From the NCBI GenBank assembly GCA_964487115.1, contig CAZAPD010000051.1:1-17355 (forward strand): a stretch of 17,355 nucleotides of DNA, written 5' to 3'. Below the pieces are notes generated by a model. That model saw only the letters and a program-made list of their open reading frames with translations, did not search any database and was not told the origin of the DNA. Below, one piece after another: positions 10,312-16,647 of the stretch (positions within the stretch are counted from its first letter, which is position 1; each line of letters starts with the position of its first letter). The DNA comes from an uncultured Thermococci archaeon (lineage in GTDB: Archaea; Methanobacteriota_B; Thermococci; Thermococcales; Thermococcaceae). The translations under genes and the position numbers were made by a program.

Positions 10312-10467
10312 GTGATTGAAATAATCGACGCTAAACAAGAGTTAGATGTTTTAGAATTGATCAGGAGCATAGTTGAGACTAAACCAGAATTCAATTACTC
10401 CCAAATTCCTCCATTATGCGCTGGTAGACAGTGCAACTCAAGAGCGTGGCAAATCTATGGATTTTGA
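10312..10467 (+). CDS. Putative RiPP precursor peptide, 51 aa: MIEIIDAKQELDVLELIRSIVETKPEFNYSQIPPLCAGRQCNSRAWQIYGF
   Basis: Manually translated GTG...TGA ORF below the ORF-track size range; follows a TATA box, is followed by a T-tract, and ends 46 nt before an RRE-containing radical SAM gene; acidic/hydrophobic leader-like half and Cys/aromatic C-terminal half. Confidence 0.75.
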   Translation: MIEIIDAKQELDVLELIRSIVETKPEFNYSQIPPLCAGRQCNSRAWQIYGF

Positions 10468-10468
10468 C

Positions 10469-10478
10469 TTTTATTTTT
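10469..10478 (+). terminator. Oligo-T tract after the peptide gene (possible leaky terminator)
   Basis: TTTTATTTTT just after the TGA. Confidence 0.45.
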
Positions 10479-10513
10479 AGCTACTCTTGTATGAGTCTGG
10501 TGAGGTAGTAAAA

Positions 10514-11926
10514 ATGGAAGTTAGAAATATGTATCTTAAACTTCAGGAGCTTGTCGACTCAAGAGTTTTTTACTGGAGAAAAGAGGATGGGCATGGGTTG
10601 ATACTTCACAAGATTAGTAGCAAAAAGGATACAAAAGGTTTTGAAGTCTACACAGATCTCGGAACTATTGCACTGCTTGAACTTGCTAAGTTGCACATAC
10701 CTTATGAACAAATTGTTTCAATGATACAAAATAATTTTGGAATGAGTCGAGAAAATGTCGAAGCCATACTCTATGAACGCCTGAGCAAATTGCTGGGATT
10801 TACTACAGAATTCCTTTCTCCATACCCTCAAGCACACCCGTACTCCTACTCTGCTCCTCATTTAGCAGCAGTAGAAATTACAACCCACTGTAATTTGACC
10901 TGCAATTACTGTTATGCCCACTCTGGACCTCATGTAAATCTGTACATGAGTTTTAATCAGGTTTTACATGTATTTAATGAACTTGAAACTCTTGGAATCC
11001 CAATTTTATGGATTACTGGGGGAGAACCCCTTCTCCATCCGGAGATTGACAGAATATTAAAAGAAGCTCAAGAGCGAGGATTTTATGTAATACTTGCCAC
11101 TAATGGAATTCCTCTGTATAAAAACCAAAAATTGTTATCTATTGTTAAGAATTATGTTGACGAAATACAGATTGCACTAGATGGAGCAAAGCGAGAAACC
11201 CATGAATTTTATCGTGGATATGGGACTTATGATAAAGTAATCTGGACAATCAGAAATCTTACTAATGATAAAAACCAGCATGGGACAATTATTGTTGTTG
11301 GCACAACTATTGGTAAAAGAAACCTACATGAATTACCTGATATCATTAAACTCGTTGATTCATTGGGAGCAGATAGCTGGGTTTATGGAGCATTAATTCC
11401 TATTGGTAGGGGAAAGTTTATAAAATCGGAAGGGCTCTCACCTAACGAACTAGTGGAGGCATACCATTTAATAATTCAAGGATCAAAACAGGCAAATAGT
11501 GTAACTGTGTTGAAGTCTTTGGCAGGCGTGACTCCTCTTGATCCACCCCCCACAAAACCAACTGCCAGATGCGGTGCAGTTAATTTTCAAATACAAATAC
11601 ATACCAATGGAGATGTGTACCCCTGCGTCTTTCTTAGGGAAGAAAGGTTTAAATTGGGCAATATTTTTCAAAACTCTTTAAAGGAGATACTGGCATCCCC
11701 TCTTGCAGAATACTTCAGAATTGGCATTGATAATCCTGAAGGGGATAAATTCAATCTGGTTGATCCTGAATGCAGGCAATGCATTCTTTATAAGGAAGGA
11801 TACTGTAACACGTTCTGCAAAGCCATACCTCGGGAACTGTACTGCACAAGAGATATACCTGGTTCACCATTAAACCAATTATATACCTCCAAGTTGAGGG
11901 AGGACAATGGAGGCAATAGCAGTTGA
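10514..11926 (+). CDS. Radical SAM/SPASM peptide maturase with N-terminal PqqD-like RiPP recognition element
   Basis: CNLTCNYC (CxxxCxxC), TGGEPLL, TNG; SPASM Cx12Gx4C...Cx2Cx7Cx3Cx8C; about 95-aa N-terminal strand-then-helix domain (RKEDGHGLIL...TDLGTIALLEL...YEQIVSMIQNNFGMSRENVEAILYERLSKL); ATG 10514 after GGTGAGGT. Confidence 0.9.
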   Translation: MEVRNMYLKLQELVDSRVFYWRKEDGHGLILHKISSKKDTKGFEVYTDLGTIALLELAKLHIPYEQIVSMIQNNFGMSRENVEAILYERLSKLLGFTTEFLSPYPQAHPYSYSAPHLAAVEITTHCNLTCNYCYAHSGPHVNLYMSFNQVLHVFNELETLGIPILWITGGEPLLHPEIDRILKEAQERGFYVILATNGIPLYKNQKLLSIVKNYVDEIQIALDGAKRETHEFYRGYGTYDKVIWTIRNLTNDKNQHGTIIVVGTTIGKRNLHELPDIIKLVDSLGADSWVYGALIPIGRGKFIKSEGLSPNELVEAYHLIIQGSKQANSVTVLKSLAGVTPLDPPPTKPTARCGAVNFQIQIHTNGDVYPCVFLREERFKLGNIFQNSLKEILASPLAEYFRIGIDNPEGDKFNLVDPECRQCILYKEGYCNTFCKAIPRELYCTRDIPGSPLNQLYTSKLREDNGGNSS

Positions 11927-12788
11927 AGGTCTCACCAAGAACTATGGAAAAATCAAAGCTCTTGATTCTTTAACTTTTTCAGTTCAGGAAGGGAGTATTC
12001 TTGGGATTATTGGACCGAATGGTGCAGGAAAAACGACTTTAGTACGAATTCTCAGTTGCCTGCTTAAACCGGATGGCGGCAGGGTATTTCTATACGGTCG
12101 TGAAATTACTTCCTGCAAAAGTGACATCAAAAACCTCTTTGCACTCCTACCTCAAGAGGCAAAGGCTCATTTTTATACCCTCACACCCTTCGAGTACATT
12201 TACCATTACCTCAGGATGAGAGGGTTTTCAAAAGAAGAGGCTAAGGCTCGAGCTGAACAGGCTATAGAAGAGTTTAACATTGACTATGCCAATAGGATAA
12301 TGTCAACGCTTTCAGGTGGCATGGTTAGGAAAACTTTGCTTGCTATGATTTTATCGGCTGATGTTAATATTTATTATCTTGATGAACCTACAGTGGGACT
12401 TGATGTTGAAAATCGCCTGAAATTATGGGAAATACTGAGAGAAAAAAGCAGAAACTCCACCATAGTGATAACAAGCCACTACTTAAATGAAATTTCCACT
12501 GTATGCGACGAGGTACTTCTCCTTAAAAAAGGAAGAGCAGTTGCCTTTGGTGAACCAGAAAAAATTGGGCGGCAATATCTCTCCCAGTTCTATTCAAAAA
12601 TAGTTGTCTTTGGAGAGTTTATTAAGGAGGAGTACATAACAAAAAGAGCAGGGAAAAACACTCTTGTTTATGTTAAATCAAAATTGGAAGAAAGAGATGT
12701 AGTTAGCAAATTAGAGGAGATTGGGCTTCCTTTTAAAAGAGAAGAACTAACTATAGAGGATATCTTTCTCGTGGGGGACTTAAGGTGA
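11907..12788 (+). CDS. ABC-2 type exporter ATP-binding subunit
   Basis: GPNGAGKTT, LSGGM, YYLDEPT, TSHY; RBS GGAGG; overlaps the radical SAM gene end by 20 nt. Confidence 0.93.
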   Translation: MEAIAVEGLTKNYGKIKALDSLTFSVQEGSILGIIGPNGAGKTTLVRILSCLLKPDGGRVFLYGREITSCKSDIKNLFALLPQEAKAHFYTLTPFEYIYHYLRMRGFSKEEAKARAEQAIEEFNIDYANRIMSTLSGGMVRKTLLAMILSADVNIYYLDEPTVGLDVENRLKLWEILREKSRNSTIVITSHYLNEISTVCDEVLLLKKGRAVAFGEPEKIGRQYLSQFYSKIVVFGEFIKEEYITKRAGKNTLVYVKSKLEERDVVSKLEEIGLPFKREELTIEDIFLVGDLR

Positions 12789-13483
12789 GCATTTGGGCAA
12801 TAATTGAGTATCATAAAAATGCACTAATGAAGAGCAAAAGCTCAATCTTAAGTTTTGCTATACAACCAATCTCATTTATTTTTATTGTTTATGTGACTAG
12901 TGGGGGTAGATTTCTTTCATCAGCTGTTGCGGGAGCTGTTGTTAGCTTCATTGTCGGGGTTGGGATGGCAGACCTTCCAATAGAATTAGTGGGAATGAAA
13001 GTTCGTTCAAAATTTTATGATATAATAATGACTCTACCCGGAAATTCAGCAGAGAAGATGCTCGGAATATCGATAGGTATGAGCTTACCAGCTATGCCAT
13101 ATTTGATAGTACTCATCCTCATTCTCCTTGCAAAGCTTGGATTTTCTCACATAAAATATGTAATGTTTGGTGTAATTTCTTTGTGGATATGGAGCACAAC
13201 TCTTGGAATGTATATGGGTGTCAAAATTAGAGAACCACTTACGGTTATGAGGCTGTCAACGGTTTTAACAACCCTGCTAACAGTTTTTCTTCCGGTTTAT
13301 TACCCCCTAACTATCGTACCCGAGAAATTGCACTATGTTCTCCTGTTGGTGCCTACCGTCAGTGCATCACACCTAATGGCATACAGGCATCCACAATATG
13401 CGGGTTTGTCTATCACATCATTGGTGTTTTGGGTGATTCTATGCTTAATGTTGATTCTTGTTATTGAATTTAGGGAAGATTAG
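12785..13483 (+). CDS. ABC-2 type exporter permease
   Basis: About six hydrophobic segments, PVYYPL..VP motif; GTGA overlap with the ATPase gene. Confidence 0.88.
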   Translation: MSIWAIIEYHKNALMKSKSSILSFAIQPISFIFIVYVTSGGRFLSSAVAGAVVSFIVGVGMADLPIELVGMKVRSKFYDIIMTLPGNSAEKMLGISIGMSLPAMPYLIVLILILLAKLGFSHIKYVMFGVISLWIWSTTLGMYMGVKIREPLTVMRLSTVLTTLLTVFLPVYYPLTIVPEKLHYVLLLVPTVSASHLMAYRHPQYAGLSITSLVFWVILCLMLILVIEFRED

Positions 13484-13487
13484 ATTG

Positions 13488-13500
13488 TTATTTTTTACTT
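13488..13500 (+). terminator. T-rich terminator ending the cassette
   Basis: TTATTTTTTACTT just after the permease stop. Confidence 0.45.
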
Positions 13501-13540
13501 AACATGCAAGTTTTATAAATTCTTCCTCCAAATTTTAGCC

Positions 13541-13705
13541 ATGAAAAAAGAACAATATAGGAGGTTGCTTGTGTTTGTTTTAATCCTGACTGTTCTGTAT
13601 ACTCTCGGATTAGTCGGCGTGCTTCCTTTTGCTGTTAGCTACTACATTACGATTTTCTTCATATTCCTGTTCCTCTTCCTCCGATGGCAGAAAAGGCTCA
13701 AATAA
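13541..13705 (+). CDS. Small two-helix membrane protein, 54 aa: MKKEQYRRLLVFVLILTVLYTLGLVGVLPFAVSYYITIFFIFLFLFLRWQKRLK
   Basis: Manually translated; TTTATAAA at 13512-13519 at leaderless spacing; basic termini flanking two hydrophobic stretches. Confidence 0.7.
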   Translation: MKKEQYRRLLVFVLILTVLYTLGLVGVLPFAVSYYITIFFIFLFLFLRWQKRLK

Positions 13706-14083
13706 CTTTGTCATGCATCCAGCTATGAACCCTCCAACGGCATCATCCAAAAACGGCGGCAGTTCTTTCAAAATACCTGGCTTTTTGGTGTCGTAGTAGA
13801 AGAAGTTAAAAAGCGCCATCTTCCCACCAATGTATTCGGCTATGCCAATTCCTATGAGTTCATCCGCCACGAGGTTTACAGGATCCCCTTCAACTTTGAA
13901 GTTCTCTTCAAGTAAGAGAGCGGCTTTTAGAAGGGCTTGGATGTTGATATCGTTTAGATAGTGGAGCATAAGCCCTCTGAGCTGCTCCCTGACTTTCCCG
14001 GTATTATTTCCAATGTAAAGCTCCAAAGCTGTATCGAGCATTCTCTCAAGTTTTATGCCTTTAGCTTCGAGTTCCTCAATCAT
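13610..14083 (-). CDS. cobZ: Alpha-ribazole phosphatase CobZ (archaeal, PgpA-like)
   Basis: DPVNLVADELIG, YIGG..ALFNF..YD.KKPGIL..LPPFLDDA.GG..AGCM; ATG 14083 after GGTGG, overlapping the upstream gene's stop. Confidence 0.88.
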   Translation of the reverse strand: MIEELEAKGIKLERMLDTALELYIGNNTGKVREQLRGLMLHYLNDINIQALLKAALLLEENFKVEGDPVNLVADELIGIGIAEYIGGKMALFNFFYYDTKKPGILKELPPFLDDAVGGFIAGCMTKLFEPFLPSEEEEQEYEENRNVVANSKRKHAD

Positions 14084-14721
14084 GTTTCCACCAGCCTGAA
14101 ATTCAACCACCAGTATCTCCCGCTCTCTTTAATCCTCAGCGGCTTTAGTTCAAAGCTCTTCTTGAATAATGGACAATTCAGAACAACAGTGTGAAACTCC
14201 CCAAATTCTCCGATGGGGTCTATCTCTGGGCTTGCCTCCAGGAAGAGCTCCAAATCTCCGAGAGAGGAGAAAGCATAGCCAAGCCACTCTTTTGAGAGTT
14301 TTTCCCTGTTCACGGCAATTATCGCATACTCAAAGCCAGCATTGAGCATCTCTTTAGCCAGCCCAAGCGTGTTCCTTCCCCAGAGGGGTTCTAAAGCCCC
14401 AGTCTCTGCTCTTTTGGCAAGCCATTTCACCCACTTAAAGTGGTCTTCGAGGAGGATATCTCCGGCTATGATGTAATCTACGTCGAGAGAGCTTATGAAA
14501 TCCGCTAAAGCCTCACTACCTTCCCTCATGTCGAAAATCAGGAGTTCTTTTCCCATTACATCGACGAGCTTTTTGAGTTCGCTTAAGTTTTCGTAGTGTG
14601 GTGAAATCCCTATGGTGGTTTTTAGGGCTAAGAGATAGGGCACTTCAATCTCCTGCTTTTCAGCTAAATACATGGCGTAAAGTCCATCTTTGCCGCCTGA
14701 AAAGAACGCTACACCCTTCAA
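14080..14721 (-). CDS. DUF71/Dph6-like PP-loop ATP pyrophosphatase, B12-cluster paralog
   Basis: FFSGGKDG, AGDILLEDH, EPLW, DPIGEFGEFHT; probable TTG start at 14721 behind GGAGG. Confidence 0.85.
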   Translation of the reverse strand: MKGVAFFSGGKDGLYAMYLAEKQEIEVPYLLALKTTIGISPHYENLSELKKLVDVMGKELLIFDMREGSEALADFISSLDVDYIIAGDILLEDHFKWVKWLAKRAETGALEPLWGRNTLGLAKEMLNAGFEYAIIAVNREKLSKEWLGYAFSSLGDLELFLEASPEIDPIGEFGEFHTVVLNCPLFKKSFELKPLRIKESGRYWWLNFRLVET

Positions 14722-14734
14722 ATTGTTCCCTCCA
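14685..14734. repeat. 50-bp perfect direct repeat, copy 1
   Basis: CATCTTTGCCGCCTGAAAAGAACGCTACACCCTTCAAATTGTTCCCTCCA, identical to 15559-15608. Confidence 0.95.
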
Positions 14735-14778
14735 GCTTTATCCATTCTTTTAAACCCTTCTGATTTCATTTTTAAACC

Positions 14779-15207
14779 TCAGAAGTTTTCAAGAAGTTCC
14801 AGAACCTCAGAAGGGGAATATACATTAATCCTGTTTTCCACAGCTCTCCTCAGTTTCAGGTCTCCTGTTAGGAGTGGGGCTTTTATGGAAAGAGCCAAAG
14901 CGACGTAGGGAACATCTTTTGGATCTGGAGACAGTTTCAATGCATCTTTCAAGCCCTCTTTGACAATATTTTCTGGAATTATCACAATTTGCTTTTGTAT
15001 TATTGACAGGATATACTCAACTTCCTCAGGAGTTAAGCGTGTTACTCTGGAAAGGCGATCTCTTTTTCCCTCAAGTTCCTTCCAGAAATACTGAGGTACA
15101 AGAAAAGTAAGAGCTTTCAGGACATGATTAAGCATGAAAATCTTATATGCAACCCCTCGTCCATAAAGTGCTGAAAAAACAACATTAAAATCCAGGACAA
15201 ACTCCAT
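14779..15207 (-). CDS. vapC: PIN-domain (VapC-like) toxin
   Basis: FVLDFNVVFSAL, E, SPDPKDVPYVALA, LLTGD..L. Confidence 0.88.
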   Translation of the reverse strand: MEFVLDFNVVFSALYGRGVAYKIFMLNHVLKALTFLVPQYFWKELEGKRDRLSRVTRLTPEEVEYILSIIQKQIVIIPENIVKEGLKDALKLSPDPKDVPYVALALSIKAPLLTGDLKLRRAVENRINVYSPSEVLELLENF

Positions 15208-15453
15208 TCAAACCGCCCCATAGCGCTTGGCCACTGCCTCCTTGATTTCGAGTTCAAGCTTTTTTGCCTCTTTCTCATTTATTTGGGCTTTTTTTATTAT
15301 TTCTTCAAACTTTCTCGCCTCTTCTATTCTCTTCTGGAGTTCGCTGACAACATCCACGATGAGCTTTCTTCTAACAACCTCCACAAGCTCAGCATTCCAA
15401 TCCTCAGGAACTTTAACCTTCACAACTATCTCGCTTTCTCCCACTATCCTCAC
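15208..15453 (-). CDS. Putative antitoxin
   Basis: 81-aa charged protein directly upstream of the PIN gene; N-terminal strand IVVKVKVP followed by helices. Confidence 0.7.
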   Translation of the reverse strand: MRIVGESEIVVKVKVPEDWNAELVEVVRRKLIVDVVSELQKRIEEARKFEEIIKKAQINEKEAKKLELEIKEAVAKRYGAV

Positions 15454-15457
15454 CAGA

Positions 15458-15484
15458 ATTACCTCTGTAATACTCCTTTATTAC
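15458..15484. promoter_or_regulatory. Overlapping inverted repeats upstream of the antitoxin gene (candidate autoregulatory operator)
   Basis: ATTAC-ctct-GTAAT and GTAATA-ctcctt-TATTAC share the central half-site. Confidence 0.5.
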
Positions 15485-15558
15485 CCTTATCCTATTTGTC
15501 GTGTTCCCGAAGTCATGACCTCCAAGTAGTGCAATCACTGTTTTTGACAATGTAAACT

Positions 15559-15608
15559 CATCTTTGCCGCCTGAAAAGAACGCTACACCCTTCAAATTGT
15601 TCCCTCCA
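15559..15608. repeat. 50-bp perfect direct repeat, copy 2; contains a dead duplicated 5' end of the DUF71 gene (MKGVAFFSGGKD)
   Basis: Identical to 14685-14734; explains the chimeric ORF 15413-15595. Confidence 0.95.
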
Positions 15609-15840
15609 ATTTTACCTGCTCATACTCCCCTCTTATCTTTTGAAGCTCTGCCTCATCAACATATGGTATTACCGCCCCGCAGCTGAGACAGAGCCATGGA
15701 TAGGCTTTAACAGTTCCGCTGAGTGCTCCTTTTAAACCGTGTTTCCATGGTGCTTTCCAGAAATACACCGCATATCCTGCTTGCGGGCTCTTCCCTTTTA
15801 TCATAGTTCCTCCACAGAAAGGACACTTTTTCGTCTCCAT
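15592..15840 (-). CDS. Small zinc-ribbon protein
   Basis: CPFCGG...CLSCG; RBS GGTGGTG. Confidence 0.8.
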   Translation of the reverse strand: METKKCPFCGGTMIKGKSPQAGYAVYFWKAPWKHGLKGALSGTVKAYPWLCLSCGAVIPYVDEAELQKIRGEYEQVKLEGTI

Positions 15841-15865
15841 AACACCACCAAAATTATAAACACGC

Positions 15866-15880
15866 TGGATGTTTTATCCT
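15866..15880. promoter_or_regulatory. Candidate operator site 4 (TGGATGTTTTATCCT) upstream of the zinc-ribbon/DUF71/cobZ unit and of udg
   Basis: 9/10 match to the TGGAT-N5-ATCCA arms within a 42-bp divergent intergenic region. Confidence 0.55.
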
Positions 15881-15882
15881 TT

Positions 15883-16626
15883 ATGTTGCTGATGTTTGAG
15901 AGCTTAAAGAGAGTTGGCGAAATTTACATAAACCCAAGAAATTTCAAAATTATGCCTCTGTATATAAGAACCTGGGAAGATTTGCTCTCACTGGATGAAA
16001 AGACGTATGGAATTTACGCAAGAACCGTTTATAATCCAAATGAGAGATTTTTAGTCAAAAATAAAGAAGACAGAGAAAAAGCTCTTAAACTGGACGGGCT
16101 TTATAGAGAACTCCTCCAGAACCCTCTTCGCTTTTGTCATGAGGAGTATTACAAATACCAGCTTGAGGTTAAGGCTTTTGAGGGTCTCCCCTTTGGGAAC
16201 GGCTGGGTTGATTCAAAGGTTGTTTTAGTTGGAGAAGCTCCGGGAAGGAAAGGCTGTGGATATACTGGAATATGCTTTTATAGAGATGCCTCCGGAATGC
16301 TGCTCAGAAAAGCTCTCTTTTCTCTCGGCATTAACCCGGATTTTGTGTATATCACGAATGTTGTAAAATGCAATCCTCCAGAGAATAAGCTCAAAGGATT
16401 CGATGAGCGGGAGCTTTCCCTTATTAAGAGGGAGCTTGAAATTTTAAAACCAAAAACAATTTTTGCCCTTGGAAGGACAGCAGAAAAAGCATTGAAAAGA
16501 ATTGGCTTTGATGCTGTCTATTTGAGGCATCCAGCTTGGTATGTGCGTAGAGGCTTGAGAGAGCCAAATGATGAGATGCTTGAGGAGTATGAGGTTATAA
16601 GGAAAAGCTTAAATATTACCAAATGA
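15883..16626 (+). CDS. udg: Uracil-DNA glycosylase (family 4-like motifs, N-terminal extension), 247 aa
   Basis: VGEAPG, YITNVVKCNPPEN, ALGRTA, HPA; ATG 15883 preferred over the overlapping upstream start in the track. Confidence 0.85.
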   Translation: MLLMFESLKRVGEIYINPRNFKIMPLYIRTWEDLLSLDEKTYGIYARTVYNPNERFLVKNKEDREKALKLDGLYRELLQNPLRFCHEEYYKYQLEVKAFEGLPFGNGWVDSKVVLVGEAPGRKGCGYTGICFYRDASGMLLRKALFSLGINPDFVYITNVVKCNPPENKLKGFDERELSLIKRELEILKPKTIFALGRTAEKALKRIGFDAVYLRHPAWYVRRGLREPNDEMLEEYEVIRKSLNITK

Positions 16627-16647
16627 GTAATATACTTGGTGAGTAAT

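Noticed and set aside
15413..15595. 60-aa ORF beginning MKGVAFFSGGKD
   Set aside because: Chimera created by the 50-bp duplication; similarity to DUF71 ends after 12 codons.
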